From: Candidatus Poribacteria bacterium | GTDB lineage: Bacteria; Poribacteria; WGA-4E; PCPOR2b | DNA length: 64,000 bases | Direction of reading: 5' to 3' | NCBI GenBank assembly: GCA_965116925.1 | Contig: OZ220744.1 | Span: 3,328,001-3,392,000 of the forward strand | Shown: positions 20,060 to 29,464 of the stretch, piece by piece | How positions within the stretch are numbered: position 1 is the stretch's first letter | Layout: every line of letters starts with the position of its first letter | Program-made: the position numbers and the translations under genes | Notes under the pieces: model-generated | Databases searched by the model: none | What the model was told of the DNA's origin: nothing | The model's input: the letters and a program-made list of their open reading frames with translations, nothing else

Positions 20060-20686
20060 ATGAAACCGTTAAAAATCGGAATCGGCGGTCCCGTCGGATC
20101 GGGCAAGACTGCACTGATTGAGAAGTTGTGTAAAAGGATGCGGAACGCCTACGAATTGGCTGCAATCACGAATGACATCTTCACACGGGAAGATGCCGAG
20201 ATACTCACGCGCCTTGAGGCGTTACCACAAGAACGAATTCTCGGTGTCGAAACCGGCGGCTGCCCACATACCGCTATCCGCGAGGATATCTCCGCCAATC
20301 TTGAAGCGGTCGAACAGATAACAGCGGACTTTCCCAATCTTGATATTCTATTTCTTGAAAGTGGTGGGGACAACCTCGCCGCCTTCTTCAGTCCTGAGTT
20401 GGTTGATGCCGCGATCTATGTGATTGATGTCGCCGGCGGCGATAAGATCCCCCGAAAAGGCGGTCCGGGAATTACGCGCTCCGATCTACTAATTATCAAC
20501 AAGATAGATCTGGCGGAATATGTCGGTGCCGATCTCTCCGTCATGGCACGAGATACCAAGCGGATGCGCGGCGAAAAGCCTGCCGTGTTCACGGACCTGC
20601 GAAAATCGGAAGGACTTGAAGATGTCATCTCTTGGATACAGCGGGAATTGCTCTTTGAAGAGACAAAAACACACTGCGAGGCATAA
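20060..20686 (+). CDS. ureG: Urease accessory GTPase UreG
   Basis: [25 protein letters not shown]. Confidence 0.97.
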   Translation: MKPLKIGIGGPVGSGKTALIEKLCKRMRNAYELAAITNDIFTREDAEILTRLEALPQERILGVETGGCPHTAIREDISANLEAVEQITADFPNLDILFLESGGDNLAAFFSPELVDAAIYVIDVAGGDKIPRKGGPGITRSDLLIINKIDLAEYVGADLSVMARDTKRMRGEKPAVFTDLRKSEGLEDVISWIQRELLFEETKTHCEA

Positions 20687-21352
20687 ATGCGAAAGAAACT
20701 TCTTAAACTATACGACAACCTCTATGCCGAATACGGTGAGCTACACTGGTGGCCCGCCGAAACACCCTTTGAGATTATTATCGGCGCAATCTTGGGGCAA
20801 GCGACCGCTTGGAGAAATGCCGCCAAGGCGATTAACAACCTCAAAGCGGCGAACCTACTGAATCCGGAGGGAATGAGCAAACTCTCCCAAGACGAACTAG
20901 AGACGCTCATCCTTCCGTCGGGTTACTATCGCGCCAAGGCGAAGAAGGTCCGGGCATTTCTAACACATCTGGGAGAACACCACAACAATCAGTTGAGTTC
21001 ACTATTTGCACAGGAACTGTCAGCACTTAGGGAAGAGCTGCTTTCGATTTACGGTATCGGTGAGGAAACCGCCGATTCGATTCTGCTTTACGCTGCCAAA
21101 AAGCCGAGCTTCGTCGTTGATACCTACACCTACCGCTTATTGGAGCGGTTGGGCTGGTTCAGCGGCAAGTTCCATTACGGCAGGCTGCGAGGGATGTTCA
21201 TGGAAAATCTCCCTCACGACTACCAGTTGTTCAATCAGTATCACGCCTTGATTGTGCGTCATGGGGCGCGGGTATGCCAGAAGACACCCCTATGTGATAG
21301 GTGTATGCTGCGAGCCGAATGCCCAACCGGAAATCAGTCCAGTAGCCATTGA
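20687..21352 (+). CDS. HhH-GPD endonuclease III-like DNA glycosylase with 4Fe-4S cluster
   Basis: LLSIYGIGEETADSILLY, VVDTY, C-x6-C-x2-C-x5-C. Confidence 0.9.
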   Translation: MRKKLLKLYDNLYAEYGELHWWPAETPFEIIIGAILGQATAWRNAAKAINNLKAANLLNPEGMSKLSQDELETLILPSGYYRAKAKKVRAFLTHLGEHHNNQLSSLFAQELSALREELLSIYGIGEETADSILLYAAKKPSFVVDTYTYRLLERLGWFSGKFHYGRLRGMFMENLPHDYQLFNQYHALIVRHGARVCQKTPLCDRCMLRAECPTGNQSSSH

Positions 21353-21466
21353 AAAGAATCGAAACAATTTTCACGTTTCACGCATTTTGCATTTTCTTTG
21401 AATATGAGTTTCCATCAATAGGTCTCACGTTTCTGCTAGCATTCCAACAAGGTAAGGTTATTCACA

Positions 21467-22138
21467 ATGCTTTTCCGCCGAAAAAATCCGCAGAATAGAC
21501 CGGTAGACGACGACTACGCCGATCTGCGCGAGAAGATGGTGGATCAACAGATCCGAAAGCGCGGGGTTAAAGACAAAAAAGTGCTAGAGGTCATGCGGCA
21601 AGTGCCACGGCATCTATTCGTCGATCCAGATAGTATGGACGCCGCTTACGAAGACAATGCAATGCCAATTCAGTGTGACCAAACAATCTCTCAGCCCTAC
21701 ATTGTCGCGCTGATGACCGAATTACTGGAGTTGGAACAATCGTCGAAAGTGTTGGAGATCGGCACCGGCTGTGGATATCAAACCGCTGTCTTAGCAGAGA
21801 TAGTTGAACAGGTCTACACCGTCGAGATTATCCTCGAACTTGCAGAAAGCGCGTCGAAACGATTTAAAGAATTCGGCTATCCAAATATCCATCAAAGATA
21901 CGGCAATGGCTACTACGGTTGGGAGAAATACGCCCCCTATGACCGGATAATTGTGACCGCTGCTCCGAAGAAGCTACCGAATCGTCTTATCAAGCAGTTG
22001 GCGGAGGACGGACTCATGATACTGCCGATCGGCGACTATCATCAAGATCTGGTTCGGATTCGCAGAGCCGAACACGGCATTGAGTGCAAAACCGTTAGTG
22101 GGGTTCGCTTTGTTCCGATGACCGGTGCCCCTAATTAA
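21467..22138 (+). CDS. pcm: Protein-L-isoaspartate O-methyltransferase
   Basis: VPRHLF, QTISQPY, VLEIGTGCGYQ, APYDRIIVTAA, VRFVPM. Confidence 0.96.
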   Translation: MLFRRKNPQNRPVDDDYADLREKMVDQQIRKRGVKDKKVLEVMRQVPRHLFVDPDSMDAAYEDNAMPIQCDQTISQPYIVALMTELLELEQSSKVLEIGTGCGYQTAVLAEIVEQVYTVEIILELAESASKRFKEFGYPNIHQRYGNGYYGWEKYAPYDRIIVTAAPKKLPNRLIKQLAEDGLMILPIGDYHQDLVRIRRAEHGIECKTVSGVRFVPMTGAPN

Positions 22139-22225
22139 GAAGCAAGTTCATGATCTCAGGCAAATCTGCCGCAGGATTACCACACAAAGTCCTATCAGTT
22201 CATACAAAAACCTAGAGGAGGCGAG

Positions 22226-22786
22226 GTGCTAGAACAAATATTCAAACAGCTACTCCAGTTCCTATCAACGCCAACAGGCCTCTGGACGCTTGTCGGCATC
22301 GGAGGATTTATCGCGTTTGCGGCTATCTATCATCAGAAACGCCAGATTCCCGGATTCACGATCGAAGCCATTACAGATGATACATGGTTTATCAACCGTG
22401 ATGATAACCATCGTATCGCAATCATCGTTTCCCTTCGGCTGATCAACAAGTCTGGTAGCCCGATACGGATTCAGCAATGCAAACTGAGCGGCTATTCGCC
22501 AAAGATCGCGCCACCGGAGTTGGTATTAGACGGCTACGACAAAATGATTGAACTTGAATATCCGAAGTATGATCCGTTTGAGCCGGGGCAGGAGTATATC
22601 GTCAATCCCTACACCGAACAGCAGATGTGGATCTTTTATCAATCGGGCGCAGTAACCATGACCAATATACTCCGTGCCCCAATCATCATCAAGGACGCCA
22701 ACCGACAACGGAAGGCGATCCAGCTTGAGATTCGTCGTAGTATGCAACAGATTACGCTCTATCGTGAAGCGGCAATGCGGTGGTAA
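22226..22786 (+). CDS. Hypothetical membrane-anchored protein
   Basis: GAGGAGG RBS, GTG start, one N-terminal TM helix. Confidence 0.7.
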   Translation: MLEQIFKQLLQFLSTPTGLWTLVGIGGFIAFAAIYHQKRQIPGFTIEAITDDTWFINRDDNHRIAIIVSLRLINKSGSPIRIQQCKLSGYSPKIAPPELVLDGYDKMIELEYPKYDPFEPGQEYIVNPYTEQQMWIFYQSGAVTMTNILRAPIIIKDANRQRKAIQLEIRRSMQQITLYREAAMRW

Positions 22787-22815
22787 ACGAACCACCGCCG
22801 AGCTACTCTGGAAAT

Positions 22816-22954
22816 TATGGTGAATTAGACAAATAAGTGAACATTTGCCAAAGTCCCCCTGACAAGGGGGATTTAGGGGGTTGTTTGTGGGTACAGATTT
22901 CCCAATCTGTACATCTGCATTGGAACTGTCTCAGTAATTCTAAAATCTACCATA
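22816..22954. mobile_element. MITE with TATRGTGAATT...AATCTACYATA ends
   Basis: Same ends at 25275-25464, 30658-30765, 48163-48268, 48354-48461 and 50730-50862; collapsed versions at 57458-57483 and 61535-61560. Confidence 0.8.
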
Positions 22955-23032
22955 GTAATTTTCCAATCCAATTGCAGGCAACAACAACCCATCGGCATGT
23001 ATGAAACGCCTTTAACAGATAGGAATTATACG

Positions 23033-23061
23033 TTGACATTTGTTAAAAAATTTGTTACAAT
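23033..23061 (+). promoter_or_regulatory. Sigma70-type promoter
   Basis: TTGACA (23033-38), 17-bp spacer, TACAAT (23056-61). Confidence 0.75.
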
Positions 23062-23348
23062 ATCAGAACTTAATCCCTGACATTTGGTACGGTTATGGTG
23101 CCATTTCAGTCAAAAACGATTCATAAGCAGTGCGTATTTGGCAGGTCAAAAAGCCGTTTGGGCACACCTGCTCTTGAGTGGTAAAAATCTACAAACGCTC
23201 TGAAGCTAGGCCCCATCAGGGTTCAGAGAGAAATCGGCTAATGATGAACCCTCGATTTGAAGTTGAATTTTTTTTTTGGACCTGCCAGTGCCCTGCCAAA
23301 TTGTGAATGAACTAATGAACCAATGAACCAAAATACTGGAGGAGGAAA

Positions 23349-24215
23349 ATGGCTGAAGATACGAAAAATGAACTTGTTCCGGTCGCGGACTACGAGGTCT
23401 TAGATCAGGTCGATGACCAAGCGATTGTTGAAATGATGACGGGGCAATCCATTCAAGATTACGTCTACTCGTTTAAGCAAGGTGGAAAAACAGTCGAGGG
23501 ATTAACGCTTGCAGGGATAAACGAAGCGGCAAATCGTCGAGGCGGGATTCAGGTTGACGATGTACAGTACGAAGAGCGGGAACATTCTTGGCTTGCAACT
23601 GCCAAGGCGACAGATACAGTCACCGGCTCATCGCGCTACGGGGCGTATGAGCAGCCGAAACGGATGGGCAATCGCGACGATCCCCATGCGTTCACGAAGG
23701 CAATCCACAAAGCGCAGCGCAACGCCGTCAAACAGCTACTCCCTGTCACGGTCATTAAAGAGGTACTGAACTTCTACCTCCATCGACAAGCAGGAGGTGA
23801 AACGGCTCAGATGGGCTTACCGAGCGCAGCTTCGACCAGCCAGATTTCTAACGCGCAGAAAGCAGCGTTTTCAATGGCTACCAAGTTGGAAGGCAAACTG
23901 GAAGAACAGCGCATCACAAAGTCCGATTTTTGGAACTATGTCAAACGTCGCTACGCTGTTGAATCCCGTAACGATATGACCGAATTACAGTGGACCCAAC
24001 TCTCTGCGGAACTACAAGCCGGTGCTTCTACGCCAGACCTTTTCAAGGAATTGGTGGAGCGTATCCGACAACTGGAGGCTGCCGCACAAACCAGTGAGGT
24101 CCCCGAAAGTTCTGAGCCGCCTCTCACACTGAATGAGGAAGGGGCTGATTCAGAATACGCTGAGTCAAAGACACCGTCTGAAGATTCGGATGCGGGAGAA
24201 AATACCCCCTTTTGA
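23349..24215 (+). CDS. Putative Rad52/Sak-like single-strand annealing protein with acidic tail
   Basis: GLTLAGINE, ATAKATD..TG...G and KAIHKAQRNAVKQLL resemble the Rad52/RecT-type SSAP fold; GGAGGAGG RBS. Confidence 0.5.
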   Translation: MAEDTKNELVPVADYEVLDQVDDQAIVEMMTGQSIQDYVYSFKQGGKTVEGLTLAGINEAANRRGGIQVDDVQYEEREHSWLATAKATDTVTGSSRYGAYEQPKRMGNRDDPHAFTKAIHKAQRNAVKQLLPVTVIKEVLNFYLHRQAGGETAQMGLPSAASTSQISNAQKAAFSMATKLEGKLEEQRITKSDFWNYVKRRYAVESRNDMTELQWTQLSAELQAGASTPDLFKELVERIRQLEAAAQTSEVPESSEPPLTLNEEGADSEYAESKTPSEDSDAGENTPF

Positions 24216-24291
24216 AAGCCGTTGGAACAATTGACTTTCTGCTGGGGTTTCACCTCGTACCCTACGATTTGTAGTTACAGAAGGAGAAGAT

Positions 24292-24660
24292 ATGTCACGC
24301 CTTTTCTTCGCGTTCGGTTCTGGCTTTGCACTGATCGCTGTGATAACAGGTGCCTTTGCCGCCCATACCCTGAAATCGAAGCTATCGCCGGATATGTTCC
24401 AAACCTTTGAGGTTGCCGCGCGCTATCAAATGTATCATGCGCTGGGACTAATCGCCGTAGCTTGGGCTGCATCGCAGTGGAGCAATCAACTAATCGCTGC
24501 ATCCGGCTGGCTGTTTGTGGCTGGCATCGTTATTTTTTCGGGCAGCCTCTATATCCTATCACTGACCGGCGTCCGCTGGCTCGGCGCAATAACACCAATC
24601 GGCGGCGTTGCCTTTATCATCGGTTGGGGCTGTCTCCTGTGGGCAGCAATCAGAAGTTGA
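24292..24660 (+). CDS. DUF423 (YgdD-like) membrane protein
   Basis: GAFAAH, RYQMYHAL, FSGSLY, GAITPIGG. Confidence 0.93.
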   Translation: MSRLFFAFGSGFALIAVITGAFAAHTLKSKLSPDMFQTFEVAARYQMYHALGLIAVAWAASQWSNQLIAASGWLFVAGIVIFSGSLYILSLTGVRWLGAITPIGGVAFIIGWGCLLWAAIRS

Positions 24661-24833
24661 GCGAGCAGCGCCTTTAGTTGATCAAAACACGAGATTTGTG
24701 CTATCATAAGCTATGACAGTGACGTAGGTTGGGTTGAACGACAGTGAAACCCAACACTCACGTTTCACGCATCACCTTTCACGTTCTACGAATGAACCAA
24801 TGAACTAATGAACTAATAAGCGAGGTAACAACT

Positions 24834-25250
24834 ATGGCAAAAATTACAATGTTCAAAGGTTACCAAGGCGAGCCACCATTCCCCAAACCGAGAGAGAAGG
24901 TGCTCCCCAATGTTGTCAGCGCACAAGATGGCGTGCCGGTGAAATATCCTGATTGCGAAGGAATTGGTGTGCGTGTCGTCCATCCCGCCAACCCGAAAGC
25001 CCCCGCTCAGAATCTCGGATTGGTGATGTTCTATATTCCCCCACACGTTGTGCTAGAACCGGGCAGCCACCACACCGAAGAGTGCTACGTTGTTATACGT
25101 GGAAAAGGCGTCATGACGCTCGCCGGCGAGAAAATTGATGTGGAGGAAGGCACCTTTATCCATCTGCCGCCATGGTGCGAACACGGCATTGAGAACACAG
25201 GAAATGAGACGATGGAGGTGCTCATCTGTACCTCACCACCAAATCCTTAA
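24834..25250 (+). CDS. Cupin-domain protein
   Basis: HHTEECY...G and PPWCEHGIEN cupin motifs. Confidence 0.88.
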   Translation: MAKITMFKGYQGEPPFPKPREKVLPNVVSAQDGVPVKYPDCEGIGVRVVHPANPKAPAQNLGLVMFYIPPHVVLEPGSHHTEECYVVIRGKGVMTLAGEKIDVEEGTFIHLPPWCEHGIENTGNETMEVLICTSPPNP

Positions 25251-25559
25251 CGCGCCGATTTCACTATTTGCATTTATGGTGAATTGTAAAAATAAATAGA
25301 CACTTTCGCCCCCCATGTTTGGTAGGCGCTGTTTCCAACTGCGCCGTTTCAACCCACACTACGGTCCCTATGCGGTGCGGTTTCTAACCGCTTTTGCTCC
25401 CCGGTAGGCGAGGTTTCCGACCTCGCCGATTGGCAGTGTCTCATTAATTCTAAAATCTACTATAATTTATCGCCTATCCGATGCGTAATGAATTTCACAG
25501 CTACTAACTGTCGGCTTCAGTCTTACTTGTCTGACAGGGTACTCACTAGGAGCTAACTT

Positions 25560-26303
25560 ATGCCAAAATTGACGGAAACAGAAATTTTAGAAGAATTGCG
25601 AAACTACGACACACCATCAATCACCAACGTTGTCGCCACCTACCCGAAAAACCCCCTTTGCCTTGGGCTTTATAACCCGTGGACGGAGAACTGGTATACC
25701 GACCAATCCATCCGTTGTATGTATCCCGAATTAGGTCCGCTCGTCGGATACGCCATCACATGCGTGTATGGGCTACCAGACCCGAATTACTCACGTTTAA
25801 CCTTTATGGATGTCATTGATGCACTCGACGCATCAAAGAAACCGACGGTTCTAGTCTTCCAGCAAAAGTGGCCCCCCGAACTCCACGCTAAAGCGGGACT
25901 AGCAGGCGGAAACATGACCGCTGCGATGAAAGCCGTCGGCTGTGTCGGTGCCATCTCCAACGGTCCGTCACGAGACATCGATGAAATTCGCCCCATGAAA
26001 TTTCAGTATATGCTCAGTGGCATATCGCCGGGACACGGCGATATGGCTGTACAAGCGGTCAATGTACCAGTCTCGGTGGGAGGGATGGATGTCTCTCCGG
26101 GCGAGCTTATCCACATGGACGAAAATGGTGCGTGTAAGTTTCCAGCCGATAAGGCGGAAGCGGTGCTGACCAACGTGAAGGCGTTGTTACAGGAAGAGGA
26201 AACGCGGATCAATGCGTTGAAAACTGCGAAAACCGCAGCGGACGTCCGAGCCGCCTTCGCAGGCCAATCATACGCCGCTAAAGACGAAGAAGATGACTCA
26301 TAA
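25560..26303 (+). CDS. RraA / HMG aldolase family protein
   Basis: NGPSRDIDEI, VSVGGMDVSPGELIHMDENG. Confidence 0.85.
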   Translation: MPKLTETEILEELRNYDTPSITNVVATYPKNPLCLGLYNPWTENWYTDQSIRCMYPELGPLVGYAITCVYGLPDPNYSRLTFMDVIDALDASKKPTVLVFQQKWPPELHAKAGLAGGNMTAAMKAVGCVGAISNGPSRDIDEIRPMKFQYMLSGISPGHGDMAVQAVNVPVSVGGMDVSPGELIHMDENGACKFPADKAEAVLTNVKALLQEEETRINALKTAKTAADVRAAFAGQSYAAKDEEDDS

Positions 26304-26446
26304 CAGCATCATTTTTGCCGCACTTCTACACCAAAGATTAGTTTTCCTGTAGGAGGAATCTCTGAATCCCGACTTATAGATTTCGGATCATCTATCGGAG
26401 ACGGGGCATCTGGTTTCCCCGCATTGACGACAGGAGGTGATACACA

Positions 26447-26758
26447 ATGGATTTGGGACCATGGTCTCCAGCACACACGATATTGGCTCTATTTATCGTC
26501 GCCGGTTTCATCGGGCAGGTGGCGGTCTATTTCCATCGCACCACGCAAAACGCTAAGAGAATAGAACGCCTCGAGGAACGGATGGATAAGCGGTTTGCTG
26601 ATCTCATCAACACGATGAATCAGGGCTTTTCTGATGTTCGATCGGAGATGAATCAAAGGCTTTCGGATATGCAAGTGGAAATCCGTGATGTGAGATTGGA
26701 GTTGAGCAAACTCAACCAGAATCACATTGACCACTTGAACCGGCACCACTCCGGTTAA
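26447..26758 (+). CDS. Small membrane-anchored coiled-coil protein
   Basis: AGGAGGT RBS; TM helix followed by MDKRF/MNQGF/MNQRL repeats. Confidence 0.7.
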   Translation: MDLGPWSPAHTILALFIVAGFIGQVAVYFHRTTQNAKRIERLEERMDKRFADLINTMNQGFSDVRSEMNQRLSDMQVEIRDVRLELSKLNQNHIDHLNRHHSG

Positions 26759-26891
26759 CATTTTGCGTTTATAGAAACAGCGAACCACCCAACACCTAAG
26801 CCCCAGCGGGGCGACATGTGCTTTGAAACGTCATACGTCAAGCATATCTTAATGCGATGACGAAAAAACGGTTCAATGAACCAATGAACTA

Positions 26892-28532
26892 ATGAACCAA
26901 ACACCGCTCTCATACCTATTTGCAGCACTTCTAATTGGGGTAATCTGTCCCCAAACTTCTGCCCTCACCAATCCAGGAATTGACACAATGATAGCCAAAA
27001 TGACAATCGAAGAAAAAGTCGGACAGCTCATCATGGTCGGCTTCAACGGGACCCAAGCCAACGAAGCCATCGAAACCCATATCCGCGAAAGGTTTGTCGG
27101 CGGGGTTGTCCTCTTCAGTCAGAACATCCAATCCCCGAGACAGACAGCAGAGTTGACGAACCAACTCCAGCGATTAGCGGAGGCGACAACACGTCAAATT
27201 CCCTTGTTCATTGGGATAGATCAGGAGGGCGGTTGGGTCATCCGCTTAAAGGAAGGCGCGACCGTGCTGCCCGGCAATATGGCGTTGGGTGCGACCGATT
27301 CGACCGAGCTGGCAGAACGGGCAGGCGAAATCACCGCCGTCGAACTCGCCGCGGTGGGGGTCAACCTCAACTTTGCGCCGGTCATGGATGTCAACAACAA
27401 TCCACAGAATCCCGTTATCGATCGCCGTTCCTTCGGCGAATCGCCGGAACTCGTCTCCCGTTTGGGCGTCGCTTACATCCACGGGTTACAGCGCAACGGC
27501 GTTTTGGGGACCGCAAAGCATTTCCCCGGACACGGAGACACCACCGTTGACTCCCACTTCGACCTGCCGACCGTGAACCATAACCGCGAGCGCATCCACG
27601 CCCTTGAGCTGCAACCCTTTCGCGCCGCGATTGATGCCGATGTTGCTGCAATCATGACGGCGCATATTGTCTATCCCGCCTTCGACACCGACCGACCCGC
27701 CACGCTCTCGCCGGCTATCTTGACAGATCTCTTGCGAAAGGAACTCCGCTTTGACGGCTTAATCATTACCGATGACATGGAGATGAAAGCGATTGATGAA
27801 CGCTACCGATCGGGCGAAGCTGCGGTCATGGCGGTTGAAGCCGGAGCAGACATCGTAATGGTGCTCTGGTCCCCCACAAAGCAGCTTGAGGTCTTTAACG
27901 CACTGCTATCGGCGGTCAAAAGCGGACGCATCTCCCAAGCCCGGTTGAATCAGTCTGTCAAGCGCATCCTGAAAAACAAAGCGGCAGCGTTCAACCAGCG
28001 TTTCGTTGATCCCGATGCGGTGGAAAAGATTGTCAGGACAGATGCACATCAGCAACTCGCCCAAACAATCGCATCGCAGGCAATCACAGTGGTGAGGAAT
28101 CGAGATAACCTTCTGCCCTTAAAATTAGAACCAGAGACCACCGTCTTGATCTTTAGTGCGTCATCGACTTTATTTGAGAACTTCAAAGCACACCACCCGA
28201 ATACATTTGAAGTAAGGATCCCAGAGAAACCGGCTGGTGCGCAACTTCAACTTCAGCTGCCCATTCGACCAGCAGACGCCGATGTCATCGTTGCTGGAAT
28301 CACGAGTAATGAGCAAGCAGGGTTCATCCACCAGATGAGCTTAGGGAAAACAACCCCTATCATCGTTGTCGCGCTCGGTTCACCCTATGTGCTGCGGCAC
28401 TGTCCCTTTGTCTCTATGCTCCTCGCCGCTTACGATATCCACGACGCCTCTGTATCCGCAGCCGTCAAGGTGATAATCGGAGCACAGGCGGCTCAAGGCA
28501 AGCTGCCAGTTCAATTGTCGATTGAAGACTAG
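26892..28532 (+). CDS. nagZ: GH3 beta-N-acetylhexosaminidase
   Basis: IDQEGG, KHFPGHGDTTVDSH, ITDDMEM; signal peptide; GH3 C-terminal domain. Confidence 0.92.
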   Translation: MNQTPLSYLFAALLIGVICPQTSALTNPGIDTMIAKMTIEEKVGQLIMVGFNGTQANEAIETHIRERFVGGVVLFSQNIQSPRQTAELTNQLQRLAEATTRQIPLFIGIDQEGGWVIRLKEGATVLPGNMALGATDSTELAERAGEITAVELAAVGVNLNFAPVMDVNNNPQNPVIDRRSFGESPELVSRLGVAYIHGLQRNGVLGTAKHFPGHGDTTVDSHFDLPTVNHNRERIHALELQPFRAAIDADVAAIMTAHIVYPAFDTDRPATLSPAILTDLLRKELRFDGLIITDDMEMKAIDERYRSGEAAVMAVEAGADIVMVLWSPTKQLEVFNALLSAVKSGRISQARLNQSVKRILKNKAAAFNQRFVDPDAVEKIVRTDAHQQLAQTIASQAITVVRNRDNLLPLKLEPETTVLIFSASSTLFENFKAHHPNTFEVRIPEKPAGAQLQLQLPIRPADADVIVAGITSNEQAGFIHQMSLGKTTPIIVVALGSPYVLRHCPFVSMLLAAYDIHDASVSAAVKVIIGAQAAQGKLPVQLSIED

Positions 28533-28700
28533 TAGATCCTCGGACCACCGTAGCTTCGTTTGTAGTAGGGCAATTTATTGCCCGTTCCGTTAAAATTTGA
28601 TTCGCCCTTTGAGCCGGAGGAACGTCAAAGACAATGATTTAGACCTTTCATTTCTGTGTCCCCGCACCGTGTCAGCGTGAAAATGGAAAGGATCGAACAG

Positions 28701-29015
28701 ATGAATAACGAAATCATCTCGACCATGACAGAGCGGATCGTGCGCGACTTTCACCCCGTGCAGATTATCCTCTTCGGTTCACATGCCCGTGGGGAGGCAC
28801 ACCCGCAAAGCGATGTAGATCTGCTTGTCGTCTTCTCCGAACTCGTTGATAAACGGAAAACTGCCGTTGACATCCGACGTGCCCTTGCTGACCTACCCAT
28901 GGCTAAAGATATCCTCGTAACGACACCTGAAGAATTAGCACGTCAGCGCAATCAGGTGGGTACAATCCTACGCGCCGCTCAACGAGAAGGGGAAATACTT
29001 TATGAACGCAACTGA
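28701..29015 (+). CDS. Minimal nucleotidyltransferase (MNT) antitoxin
   Basis: LFGSHARG...SDVDLLV. Confidence 0.92.
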   Translation: MNNEIISTMTERIVRDFHPVQIILFGSHARGEAHPQSDVDLLVVFSELVDKRKTAVDIRRALADLPMAKDILVTTPEELARQRNQVGTILRAAQREGEILYERN

Positions 29016-29421
29016 GCAATTTGCAGAAACCGATCGCTGGTTGCGTTATGCCGAAGAAGATTTGACAACAGCTGAAACTCTGTTAAGACAGCCACATATT
29101 GTCCCACGTCATGTCTGTTGGTTTGCTCAACAAGCTGCCGAAAAAACATTAAAGGCAGTGTTAGTCTTTCTACAGATTGATTTTCCACGAACCCACGACC
29201 TAGACGCCCTGCGTAATCTGGTGCCCGATGACTGGCAATTCAAAGGAGTGTGTCCGGACTTGGCTAGCTTAACCCAATGGGCAGTTGAAGCCCGCTATCC
29301 AGGGAACTGGACGGAAGCTACAGGCGCAGAAGCAAATACGGCTGTTGAACAAGCGCGAATTATCTATGAGTCAATATCTACTGAACTCGAACAACACACA
29401 GGATTACTACAGTCTATCTGA
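29002..29421 (+). CDS. HEPN-domain protein (MNT-HEPN pair)
   Basis: AEEDL, QQAAEK.LKA, RTHDL, ARYP; overlaps the MNT gene. Confidence 0.92.
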   Translation: MNATEQFAETDRWLRYAEEDLTTAETLLRQPHIVPRHVCWFAQQAAEKTLKAVLVFLQIDFPRTHDLDALRNLVPDDWQFKGVCPDLASLTQWAVEARYPGNWTEATGAEANTAVEQARIIYESISTELEQHTGLLQSI

Positions 29422-29464
29422 AAAACTGTAGGATTGACGCACTTGGTCAAAAAATAGGTTATAA

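Noticed and set aside
23095..23130. ctgaaatggcac on the minus strand resembling the end of a type V-B CRISPR repeat
   Set aside because: Single short match with no second repeat and no cas gene.
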